In this document: in pieces, positions 1 through 8,005 of the stretch | Position numbering within the stretch: the first letter of the stretch is position 1 | Layout: each line of letters begins with the position of its first letter | From: Candidatus Electronema halotolerans | GTDB lineage: Bacteria > Desulfobacterota > Desulfobulbia > Desulfobulbales > Desulfobulbaceae | Assembly (NCBI GenBank): GCA_942493095.1 | Contig: OW818675.1 | Location: forward strand, 1,920,001-1,952,000 | Length of the DNA stretch: 32,000 nucleotides | Direction: 5' to 3' | Notes under the pieces: model-generated | Seen by the model: only the letters and a program-made list of their open reading frames with translations | Told to the model about the DNA's origin: nothing | Databases searched by the model: none | Translations under genes and position numbers: made by a program

Positions 1-1002
1 GGCGCAGTAACTTGTCGGGATAATTTTGTTCAACTGTATTGGGATGGCGCGGGAGAATTCACCGTCAAAAAATCAAAATGGCGGCATTATCGCACTGAGG
101 AGTCGGCCACGGTCTCCTTTGAGATACGAGCAGAAGAGACCCCGCTCTGGCTGCGGCTTGATCCCAGTGTTCAGCTTGGAATCATTGCTGTCGAATGGAT
201 CAGAGTGCGCAATAAGACCCGTGATAGAAAAATTATGGCCTTCCGAAAAGCAGATGAATTCAGCCAGCTTTTTCTGACCGGTGATCTGACTTGGCTGTTC
301 AGGGACAGAAAAAATATTTTCCTCTCCTGCGGGCCTGATCCAATGTTTGTTCTTCCGCAACTGAGCAGAGATTGCCTCAGTATAGGAGATTATCTTGAAA
401 TTGCAATCAAATTAAAAGAAAGTGGGGTCCAGCAATTTTTTGCCGAACAGCAAAGCCAAGGCAACTGTCAAGAGAAAAACAGCAGCGACAATGTTCTGCG
501 GTTGTATTGGGACAGCAGCGGCAAGTTCACTGCCGAGCAATCGCAGCAGCATCTATATCCGCCAGGAGAAAGCACCACTGTCTCTTTCACTCTGCCGGTC
601 AAGGAGATGCCGCTCTGGCTCCGGCTTGATCCCAGCCGCCGGACCGGCATCATTGAACTCCATCACCTCACGGTGCGCAATGTGACGCGGAATCAGAAAA
701 TTATGACATTCCGGCAGCCGGATGACTTTAAAACGCTGTTTTTGACTGGTGATCTGACGTGGCCTGCTCCTGCCCGGAGAAATATTCTCTTGGCGGGCGG
801 GGCAAATTCGATCTGCATCCTGCCGCAACTGCAAGAAAACGACGCTGCGCCGGGTGATTTGCTGGAAGTCACGGTCTGCCTGAAGGAAAGCAGTCTGCCG
901 CAGTTTCTGGCCGGGCATCAGATCAGCCTTGCCGACCGGACCTCCTCCCGCTGGCAACGCCTGTTTCAGTGTCTCAGAGGACAGCTTTGCTCGCCGCAAT
1001 GA
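1..1002 (+). CDS. Hypothetical protein, 5'-truncated by the window edge. The visible part is two tandem copies of a domain of unknown function, about 140-155 aa each.
   Basis: Frame +1 is open from nt 1 to the TGA at 1000-1002; the ORF track only starts at the first Met (205). The two halves align colinearly: LYWD..G.F...TVSF...PLWLRLDPS...GII...VRN.TR..KIM.FR..D.F..LFLTGDLTW...NI.L..G...LPQL...GD.LE...LKES..QF. Confidence 0.65.
   Translation, partial: GAVTCRDNFVQLYWDGAGEFTVKKSKWRHYRTEESATVSFEIRAEETPLWLRLDPSVQLGIIAVEWIRVRNKTRDRKIMAFRKADEFSQLFLTGDLTWLFRDRKNIFLSCGPDPMFVLPQLSRDCLSIGDYLEIAIKLKESGVQQFFAEQQSQGNCQEKNSSDNVLRLYWDSSGKFTAEQSQQHLYPPGESTTVSFTLPVKEMPLWLRLDPSRRTGIIELHHLTVRNVTRNQKIMTFRQPDDFKTLFLTGDLTWPAPARRNILLAGGANSICILPQLQENDAAPGDLLEVTVCLKESSLPQFLAGHQISLADRTSSRWQRLFQCLRGQLCSPQ
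28..918 (+). repeat. Intragenic tandem duplication with a period of about 468 nt: copy A is about 28-450 and copy B about 496-918.
   Basis: The repeat is visible at DNA level. For example, ccgctctggctgcggcttgatcccag (about 140-165) matches ccgctctggctccggcttgatcccag (about 610-635), and ggtgatctgac(t/g)tgg recurs with the same offset. Confidence 0.8.
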
Positions 1003-2192
1003 GCCGCTCAAGAGCAGCCAAGCGATATTGCCTTCAGTTCTTCTGCACTGTCTTTTTTCTCTTCAGCATCTTGCTGGGCTATGGCTTCATTTTTGATCCG
1101 TGGCAGCTTTTTCACCAGCCGTGGTTCAGATCACAGGCGTTCATCAGCAATGCCCGCTTTCAGAATGCAGGTTTGATCAACAGCTACGACTTTGATGCAG
1201 CGATTCTCGGCAACAGCATGGCGGAAAATTTTTCCGCGCACGAGGCATCGCAGGTGCTGGGCGGCACCTTTATCAATCTCTCCATGGCTGGTTCCTTGTT
1301 CAGCGAGCGGCAGATAGTGCTTGAGCATCTTTTTCGCAAAAAAAAAATTAAACAGCTCATCATCTCGCTCGATCATATGCCGAATATTCAGCCTGGACAG
1401 TACAATCAGGACCTGCCGCCGGAAAAATACGCCTTTCTCTATAATTGGAATCCATTGGACGACTTTCGTCTCTACTTTGATGTCAAGCTGTTCCGCTGCT
1501 GGAACTTCATGGAGAAGAACTCCTGCTGGCAGGAAATTCCCGGCGCGGCCAGAGTAAAATCTCTGGAGGAGCTGTATAAATGGTTTCCCTATTATGTCAA
1601 TGCCTTTGGCGGGGCTGATGCGTGGTGCGGCTGGAGCAGGCAGTCTCAGGCCTTCAAAGTTTTTCTGAAAGAAATCATCCGGGTTGCAGCTGAAATACAA
1701 CAGGGCAACAAAGACCACTGGACCGATGAACTCACTGCCGAATGCCGACATAACAGTCGTGCCGCTTTTGAACAGCATATTCTGCCGTTGATCAAAGCGC
1801 ATCCAGAGACAAAGTTTCTCCTCTTTTTTCCGCCCTATTCAAGACTGTGGTATGCCATGCAGGAGCAGTATTATGTCGGCTATTACCAAAGCTATATTCT
1901 TTTCCTGGAAGATATGGTCAACACAGTTGAAAAACTTCCCAACGTCCAGCTCTTTGGTTTTGACAATCAGCCATTCACTGCCGATATTGCCAATTACAAA
2001 GATCAAAGCCATTATCATAAGAAGATCAACTCGAAAATTCTCCATCTAATGGCCAATAAAACAGGGCTGCTCAGAGAAGAAAATCTTGCGGCGTATCTTC
2101 AAACAATCAAGGGACTGGCTGGCAGCTATGATCTGCAAGGCATTGCCCAGACATTTCAACAATGCCTGAAACAGCAGGCTGATAAAAAATAG
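999..2192 (+). CDS. Membrane-anchored hypothetical protein, possibly a DltD/AlgJ-like periplasmic partner of the downstream MBOAT acyltransferase.
   Basis: The ATG at 999 overlaps the upstream TGA (ATGA at 999-1002), suggesting translational coupling. The ORF track instead uses an alternative GTG at 969. There is an N-terminal TM helix (YCLQFFCTVFFLFSILLGYGFIF) followed by a large soluble domain. The gene ends 8 nt before the MBOAT gene. The family assignment comes from context only. Confidence 0.6.
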   Translation: MSRSRAAKRYCLQFFCTVFFLFSILLGYGFIFDPWQLFHQPWFRSQAFISNARFQNAGLINSYDFDAAILGNSMAENFSAHEASQVLGGTFINLSMAGSLFSERQIVLEHLFRKKKIKQLIISLDHMPNIQPGQYNQDLPPEKYAFLYNWNPLDDFRLYFDVKLFRCWNFMEKNSCWQEIPGAARVKSLEELYKWFPYYVNAFGGADAWCGWSRQSQAFKVFLKEIIRVAAEIQQGNKDHWTDELTAECRHNSRAAFEQHILPLIKAHPETKFLLFFPPYSRLWYAMQEQYYVGYYQSYILFLEDMVNTVEKLPNVQLFGFDNQPFTADIANYKDQSHYHKKINSKILHLMANKTGLLREENLAAYLQTIKGLAGSYDLQGIAQTFQQCLKQQADKK

Positions 2193-2200
2193 AACAGATC

Positions 2201-3760
2201 ATGCTGTTCAATTCCTCAGCCTACATTTTCTTCTTCCTCCCCTGCGTCATTGCCGGCTATTTCCTGCTCAACCGCGCCCGCTTTGTCACAGCGGCCACAG
2301 CTTGGCTGGTGTTGGCCTCGCTCTTTTTCTATGGCTGCTGGAAACCCGGCTATCTGCTGATATTGACTGTTTCAATTCTCGTCAATTTCGCCTTGGGCAC
2401 CATGCTGCACCAGAGCAGCAGAAAACTGGGCAGCACCCGGCGGCAGGAGCTTGGCCGCCGCAGCATTCTGGTCGTTGGCATTCTCTTCAATCTCGGCCTG
2501 CTTGGCTATTACAAATACGCTGATTTTTTTCTCAGCAATGTCAATAGGCTGTTCAACAGCTCCCTGCCATTGCCCCATCTTCTCCTGCCGCTGGCAATCA
2601 GTTTCTTCACCTTTCAGCAGATCGCCTATCTGCTTGATTGCAGCCGCGACAATGCCAAGGAATACGATTTTCTCAGCTACTGCCTCTTTGTCGCCTTTTT
2701 TCCTCAGCTCATTGCCGGGCCGATAGTACATCATCGGGAGATGATGCCGCAATTTGTCCGCCTGCGGAACCGGCTCTTCTCCTTCCCCAATGCCGGGCTG
2801 GGCCTGTTTTTCTTTTCATTGGGCCTGTTCAAGAAAGTCTGGATTGCCGATCAATTCTCTGTCTGGGCAGGTCTCGGCTTTGCCGCAAAACATGCTCTGA
2901 CGTTTTTTGATGCCTGGGGAACGGCCCTGAGCTACACCTTTCAGCTCTATTTTGATTTTTCCGGCTACACTGACATGGCCATCGGCTCGGCCCTGTTGTT
3001 CAACATTGTTCTGCCGATCAATTTTGATTCGCCTTATCAATCTGTCAGCATTCAGGATTTCTGGCGACGCTGGCATATCACCCTGTCGCGCTGGCTGCGG
3101 GAATATCTCTACATCCCTCTTGGCGGCAATCGCAAAGGACAGCTGCGCACCTGCCTGAATTTGTTCATCACCTTTCTCTTGGCCGGGTTGTGGCACGGCG
3201 CAGGCTGGACCTTTGTCATCTGGGGCGCATTGCACGGCGCGGCCTTAGTCCTCCATCGGCTGTGGAAAAATATTGGTCTGCGAATGCCTGCTCTCATCGG
3301 CTGGCTGCTTACTTTTCTCTTTGTCAGCGCGTCCTGGGTGATTTTCCGGGCCGCCAGCCTCCGGGAAGGACTGCATATTTTGCAGAGCATGGCCGGACTG
3401 AACGGCATCGCCTTGAGTCCAAGCATCGCCAAACTGCTGGCAGGGCTGCATGAGCAGCTTGCCGGATGCAGCAGCAAAACGCTGCTTCTGCCTGCCGAGA
3501 CTGGCTGGCATCTACTCTTCTTCAGTCTCGTGCTCTTTCTCCTGCCTAATTCCTGCCGAATCGGCGGCCTGATTGCGGAGAAAAAAGAAAACGAGCCACC
3601 CGCAGGCCGCCTGAAAAGTCTGCGCCGCCAAGCTGCCCGTTTTCTCCTCCGCTTCCAGCCAAACTGCTATTGGGCCGTGATCAGCGGCATTCTCTTTGCA
3701 ATGGCCCTCTACCGCCTGCTGCGGGTCGCGCCGACAGAATTTCTCTATTTCAACTTTTAA
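2201..3760 (+). CDS. MBOAT-family membrane-bound O-acyltransferase (AlgI/DltB-like).
   Basis: The protein is polytopic and has the typical start MLFNSSAYIFFFLP. It carries the signature FWRRWHITLSRWLREYLYIPLGGNR and the conserved-His region LLAGLWHGAGW. Confidence 0.9.
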   Translation: MLFNSSAYIFFFLPCVIAGYFLLNRARFVTAATAWLVLASLFFYGCWKPGYLLILTVSILVNFALGTMLHQSSRKLGSTRRQELGRRSILVVGILFNLGLLGYYKYADFFLSNVNRLFNSSLPLPHLLLPLAISFFTFQQIAYLLDCSRDNAKEYDFLSYCLFVAFFPQLIAGPIVHHREMMPQFVRLRNRLFSFPNAGLGLFFFSLGLFKKVWIADQFSVWAGLGFAAKHALTFFDAWGTALSYTFQLYFDFSGYTDMAIGSALLFNIVLPINFDSPYQSVSIQDFWRRWHITLSRWLREYLYIPLGGNRKGQLRTCLNLFITFLLAGLWHGAGWTFVIWGALHGAALVLHRLWKNIGLRMPALIGWLLTFLFVSASWVIFRAASLREGLHILQSMAGLNGIALSPSIAKLLAGLHEQLAGCSSKTLLLPAETGWHLLFFSLVLFLLPNSCRIGGLIAEKKENEPPAGRLKSLRRQAARFLLRFQPNCYWAVISGILFAMALYRLLRVAPTEFLYFNF

Positions 3761-4131
3761 GCCGCCTTGGGGAAATCCTCCAAGCCCCAGTCCGTAGGCG
3801 TGAGCGGCTTCAGGCCGTGCGCCAGTCTGGCTTTGTCGCAGCGTTCGTTGACCACGCCGTCGAGCAGGGAAGGAGGGAAATCCCGGCACACTGAAGCCCG
3901 CTGCGCATAAATGCCGCACGCAACGTTGCTGCCGATTTCCCCGGTCAAGGCGATGCAGCGCGGCTTCTCTCCTCTGGTGCCTTTCATCTGCACCCGGAAA
4001 TCGTTGAGCTTTTCAGTGAGCTGCTCCGGCACGCCATCAGGATTGCCTGCGGTGGTCTCGGCCCAGTAAAAGGATGCCCGAAAAAACGCGCAGCAGGCTC
4101 CGCAGGTCAGACAAGGATTGATCGTTTCCAT
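3757..4131 (-). CDS. YkgJ-family (UPF0153) cysteine-cluster protein.
   Basis: The N-terminus carries CLTCGACC and a C-terminal Cys pair follows (CGIY...VCRDFP). The ATG is at 4131, with an alternative TTG at 4137. Its stop codon (3757-3759) overlaps the convergent MBOAT stop (3758-3760). Confidence 0.7.
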   Translation of the reverse strand: METINPCLTCGACCAFFRASFYWAETTAGNPDGVPEQLTEKLNDFRVQMKGTRGEKPRCIALTGEIGSNVACGIYAQRASVCRDFPPSLLDGVVNERCDKARLAHGLKPLTPTDWGLEDFPKAA

Positions 4132-4165
4132 AGACAATGCACGGGCCTAAGCCCGCTCCGCAAAG

Positions 4166-4195
4166 AAAAAAAGCTGCGCTCACCATGAGCGCAGC
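4166..4195 (-). terminator. Rho-independent terminator closing the 9922->4349 minus-strand operon.
   Basis: A perfect 10-bp stem, gctgcgctca/tgagcgcagc (4173-4195), encloses a 3-nt loop. On the minus strand it is followed by a U7 run (A7 at 4166-4172 on the plus strand). Confidence 0.75.
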
Positions 4196-4348
4196 AACGG
4201 CGGCAAAGGATATACAGCCGGACCCGCATCTGCGTCAATGAAAATGATGCGGAACCGATCAGGCGCAGGTCATTTTTTGAAAGCAAGCTCCAGCTTGGCA
4301 AGAGAATGGGTCATGGGCAGCACTGTCTCTCTATTCGGATGCTCGGCC

Positions 4349-5320
4349 TTACTTCTGCGCAGGCCCAGCCGCGCTGGAGCATATCCGGCCCAGATAGACC
4401 AGCCCGCCCAGCAGGGAATAGCTGACCGTGGTGCCGAGGAAGAGCAGGGCCAGTGATCTGGTCTCCAGATTGCTCATTCCGACCCAGCCGAAAAAGACCA
4501 CATAGCCCGCATCGCGCAGGCCAAGGCCGAAGATGGAAATCGGCAAGGCTTCCAGCAGGGTGATCAGCGGGACAAAGGCACTGAAGTAGAAGAACGAGAC
4601 TTGGGCATGAATTGCGCCTGCCAGCAGCCAGACAATGGTGATCACTGAAAGCTGGAAGGCAAAGGAAATGACCATTACGTGCAGCAGCAGCTTGGGCTTG
4701 CTGCCGTAGGCTTGGAAGGAGCAGAAGAACTTTTCTGCCAGTCCGGTGAGCAGGGGGAAGCGGTCCAGCTTGGTTATGCGGAGGAAGAACCGCACCGGCT
4801 GCTCTTTGACCAAGGCTGCGAGGATGGCCAGCAGGATGATGAGAATCAGCAGGGGGGCGAGGAAAAAGAAGAAATTATGGAACTGGCGGGCCACCAGCAC
4901 TGAGGACAGCAGGCTGAGGATGACCAAGGCAAGAAAGCCGGAGAAGCGGTCAGCAAAGACTGAGGCTGCCGAGCGCACGCCGCCGCTCTGGCGGGCAATG
5001 TCATAGATACGGTAGGAGTCGCCGCCAATGTTGGAGGGCAGAAAGAGGTTGTAGAAGCTGCCGATCAAGTAGGTCTTGGTCAGGGCAGACAGGGGAATAT
5101 CCACGTGATCGGCAAGGAGGAAGAGCCGCCACTTGAGCGCGCTCAAGACCGTGTTGCAGAAGAGCAGCACGGCGATGGGCAGAAGATACAGCAGCTCTGC
5201 TCCGGCGAGCAGGCCGCGCAGCTCCTGCATGGGAATCTTCCGATAAAGGACAAACATCAGTGCGCCGCTGATCAGCAGCTTGGCTGCGGTGAAGAGCCAT
5301 TTGCGCCGTGCTTTGCTCAT
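4349..5320 (-). CDS. UPF0104 / lysyl-phosphatidylglycerol-synthase transmembrane-region (flippase-like) family membrane protein.
   Basis: The protein is polytopic with an N-terminal KxxRKW...KLLISG segment. Family-typical motifs are present: LSALKWRLFL and NIGGDSYRIYD. The ATG at 5320 overlaps the upstream stop (ATGA at 5320-5317 on the minus strand). Confidence 0.75.
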   Translation of the reverse strand: MSKARRKWLFTAAKLLISGALMFVLYRKIPMQELRGLLAGAELLYLLPIAVLLFCNTVLSALKWRLFLLADHVDIPLSALTKTYLIGSFYNLFLPSNIGGDSYRIYDIARQSGGVRSAASVFADRFSGFLALVILSLLSSVLVARQFHNFFFFLAPLLILIILLAILAALVKEQPVRFFLRITKLDRFPLLTGLAEKFFCSFQAYGSKPKLLLHVMVISFAFQLSVITIVWLLAGAIHAQVSFFYFSAFVPLITLLEALPISIFGLGLRDAGYVVFFGWVGMSNLETRSLALLFLGTTVSYSLLGGLVYLGRICSSAAGPAQK

Positions 5321-6057
5321 GCTCTGCGCGTCTTGACCACCTTGGCAGGCACGCCAAGGGAAATGGTGCATGCGCCGACTGGCTTGGTCAGCACTGCTCC
5401 GGCTCCGGCCACGCTGCCCCGGCCCATCGTCACCCCGCCCAGCACCGTGACATTGGCTCCGAGCCAGACATCCGCCTCCAGCCGCAGGCCGCCGTCATTG
5501 CGGATGCTCTGCTCGCGGATCAGCATGTCCAAACGTTCGAGATTGTAGCTGCCGCCGCCGATCAGGCAGCAATTTTGGCCAATCAGGCAGTCCGGGCCAA
5601 GCTCCACCGGGCAGCCGTTGGTTGACTGGACAATGGTGCGGGAATTGAGGCCGCAGTTGTCGCCGATGCTGATGGAGCCGTTCTTGCAGGAGAGCAAGAC
5701 ATCGTTGGAGAAAACCACGTTGTCGCCAATGCTGATTGAGACTGCCGCGCTGCTGTGTCTGCCGTCCAAGATGCAGCCCTCGCTGATCACCACGGCGCTG
5801 CCAAGGCGGATGCGGCCTGGCTGACGCAGAACAATGCCGGGGGCAAACATGCAGCCTTTGCCGCAGCTAGCAAAGAGGCGCGGCCAGAAGAGCTTGCGCA
5901 GGGCCATGCCGACAAGGCCGGGCAGCGGCCCCAGCAGCAGGCACCATTCATAATAGAGCAGTGCCGCCAAGGAGCGGCTGCCGACCATGAGGTCTTGGTA
6001 TTTGGCCAAGGGCGAACCTTGGCCAGTGACAGCCTGATGGGTCTTCTGCATGGTCAT
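5317..6057 (-). CDS. Hexapeptide-repeat (left-handed beta-helix) acyl/acetyltransferase with a hydrophobic N-terminal segment.
   Basis: Repeated [LIV]-G-x-x-x-x hexapeptides are visible (IGDNVVFSNDV, IGDNCGLNSRT, IGQNCCLIGGG, LGANVTVLGGVTMGRGSVAGAGAVL). The N-terminus, YYEWCLLLGPLPGLVGMALRKLFWPRLF, is typical of polysaccharide O-acetyltransferases. Confidence 0.8.
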   Translation of the reverse strand: MTMQKTHQAVTGQGSPLAKYQDLMVGSRSLAALLYYEWCLLLGPLPGLVGMALRKLFWPRLFASCGKGCMFAPGIVLRQPGRIRLGSAVVISEGCILDGRHSSAAVSISIGDNVVFSNDVLLSCKNGSISIGDNCGLNSRTIVQSTNGCPVELGPDCLIGQNCCLIGGGSYNLERLDMLIREQSIRNDGGLRLEADVWLGANVTVLGGVTMGRGSVAGAGAVLTKPVGACTISLGVPAKVVKTRRA

Positions 6058-6060
6058 TTT

Positions 6061-6684
6061 TCAGAGCACCAGCTTGAGCAGGACAAAGCCGCCAATGAGC
6101 AGGAGCAGGAAAACAATGGTCAGCAGGTTGAAATACTTGTTGATGAAATACTGAACCGGCGCGCCGAACTTGTAGATCAGGGCTGCGACGAGAAAGAAGC
6201 GGGCTGCTCGCGAGGCAAGCGAGGCGAGCATGAAGGTGAGGAAGCTGACCTTGCAGGCTCCAGCCGTGATGGTGAAGAGTTTGTAGGGCAGAGGCGTGAA
6301 TCCGGCGGCTGCCACGGCCAAGGCATCGTAGTGCTGGTACCAGGCCATGACAATGTCGTACTTGTCGCTTAGACCGTACAGCTCCACGATTTTCATGCCG
6401 AGCGTGTCCATGAAGGCCAAGCCAAGCGCGTAGCCGAATGCGCCGCCAATCACGGAACCGGCAGTGCAGATGGCGGCAAACTTAAAGGACTTTTTTGGCT
6501 CGCCCACGCAAAGGGCAATCAGGAAGACATCCGGCGGAATCGGAAAGAACGACGATTCGGCAAAAGCAATGAAGAAAAAGACCCACAGCCCTGCCGGGGT
6601 CTGAATCCACTCCATGCAGCGGATGTAGATGCGCTGCATCAAGGAGAACTTCTTGGCTGGTGCAGCTTCTTCTGGCTTGTTCAT
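6061..6684 (-). CDS. DedA/YqaA-family (VTT domain) membrane protein.
   Basis: It carries the FAESSFFPIPPDVFLIAL motif and multiple TM helices. The gene ends 3 nt before the acyltransferase start. Confidence 0.8.
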   Translation of the reverse strand: MNKPEEAAPAKKFSLMQRIYIRCMEWIQTPAGLWVFFFIAFAESSFFPIPPDVFLIALCVGEPKKSFKFAAICTAGSVIGGAFGYALGLAFMDTLGMKIVELYGLSDKYDIVMAWYQHYDALAVAAAGFTPLPYKLFTITAGACKVSFLTFMLASLASRAARFFLVAALIYKFGAPVQYFINKYFNLLTIVFLLLLIGGFVLLKLVL

Positions 6685-6729
6685 GCGGGAAATAAGTAAA
6701 TTCTTGTCCGGGAGCTGGAGAGAAACGCT

Positions 6730-7641
6730 TCAGTTCAATTTGTCATGCTTGCTTCTGAGGCAGGATGCCAGGCAGTTGCCAATGTCTGTCGAAATATCAT
6801 GCCTGCTGATCCGTTCATGAATGGCCAAATTGCAGGCAGTATTGACCTCGTTGAAAACCCATCCTGAATCTGTCGCAAACCAGTCAACAAAGGTGATTTT
6901 CGCCTTGATAATGCGGGCAAATGTCTCTGTCAGCGTGAGTAGCGCAGGCGGCGGGGCCTCACAGTGCTGGATGGCGGGATTCATGCAGACGCTGCATTTC
7001 CAACTGCTTGAAGGTGTATCAAAAAACACCGCCGCTGCCAGAGCTTGGCCGTTGATGACAATCACCCGATACAGAGCCTTGTACGGCACATATTCCTGGA
7101 TGATGAATTGATCAAAGGGAAGAGCATGCAAGGCATCAAGCATGGAGGAATCTGGCCGAGATGCAAGCAGATAACAGTAACGGCCATCGCCTTGACTGAA
7201 TCTCGGTTTCAGGACAAGCCGCTCATGCTTGGCAAACATGCTGGCGATTTGCTGAACCAGAGAATGCTTGTCAGCAGAGACTGTCTGCGGGGCCGGAATA
7301 TTGTGCTTGACAGCCTGCTGAATTGACAGATGCTTGTCCGATGAAAGCAAGACCGTGTCAGCACTGTTGATCACTTCGTATCCAGCCTGCTCGACCCGGC
7401 GCAAGGTGTCGAACACGTCCTCTTTTGCCCTGGTTCGATGATAAATGGCAGTCCGATTATGAATAAGTGTCGTGTCCGGTCGGCAGCCCTCGTGCTCTAA
7501 ATACGCTTCCAGCTCAGGAATTGTTGTCACGCCGCAGCGGATGCCTTGGAGATTGACGGCCTTGGCAATGAACTGCGCATAGCGTTCACTGTTTGCAGAC
7601 CGCACGATCACGATTCCTGGGCTGTATGTCCCTTTGTCCAT
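6730..7641 (-). CDS. ATP-grasp fold ligase (RimK-like); substrate unknown.
   Basis: The pattern matches an ATP-grasp fold: SDKHLSIQQAVKHNIPAPQT, VLKPRFSQGDGRYCY, IIQEYVPYKALYRVIVINGQ and FNEVNT. I prefer the ATG at 7641; the track extension to 7716 starts with TTG and adds a non-conserved-looking leader. Confidence 0.6.
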   Translation of the reverse strand: MDKGTYSPGIVIVRSANSERYAQFIAKAVNLQGIRCGVTTIPELEAYLEHEGCRPDTTLIHNRTAIYHRTRAKEDVFDTLRRVEQAGYEVINSADTVLLSSDKHLSIQQAVKHNIPAPQTVSADKHSLVQQIASMFAKHERLVLKPRFSQGDGRYCYLLASRPDSSMLDALHALPFDQFIIQEYVPYKALYRVIVINGQALAAAVFFDTPSSSWKCSVCMNPAIQHCEAPPPALLTLTETFARIIKAKITFVDWFATDSGWVFNEVNTACNLAIHERISRHDISTDIGNCLASCLRSKHDKLN

Positions 7642-7734
7642 AGAGTTTGTTCGTGGATTCAAGCGCAATGCACCAGAATGACGGGAAACACGGTCACAGG
7701 GGGCCGTGCCTTGCAACCATCGTGCCCGGTTCGC

Positions 7735-7986
7735 TCAGTTTTCCTGCTCCGCCTCCTTGGCCATTTCCTCCATCCGCTGATTCTGGGCATTTTGCAGGGC
7801 CTGCGAAGCCTTAGCCTTGTCAATCGGTTTGGTCATGTGTTCAACCGCCTTATGCGCGACCTCGTCAGAAGCCCGCTCAATCATGCCCTTGCTTTCCGGC
7901 TCCTTCTTTTCCTCTGAGCAGCCTGCCAGCAGGCCAAGCAGAGCCAGGGCGCAGGCGGCGGCCTTGAGATAGTCCTTTGTGATCAT
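7735..7986 (-). CDS. Small lipoprotein.
   Basis: A signal peptide with the lipobox LLAGC is followed by an acidic, Lys-rich mature part. A GGAGA Shine-Dalgarno sequence lies 7 nt upstream of the ATG. Confidence 0.7.
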   Translation of the reverse strand: MITKDYLKAAACALALLGLLAGCSEEKKEPESKGMIERASDEVAHKAVEHMTKPIDKAKASQALQNAQNQRMEEMAKEAEQEN

Positions 7987-8005
7987 GGTTGATCTCCGAT
8001 ATGGG

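Noticed and set aside
1131-1802. A 223-aa minus-strand ORF. Similar antisense ORFs occur at 553-1011, 2372-2752, 2816-3235, 3109-3477 and 5755-6372.
   Set aside because: They overlap stronger sense-strand genes that have family motifs or operon structure. They lack ribosome-binding sites and recognisable domains.
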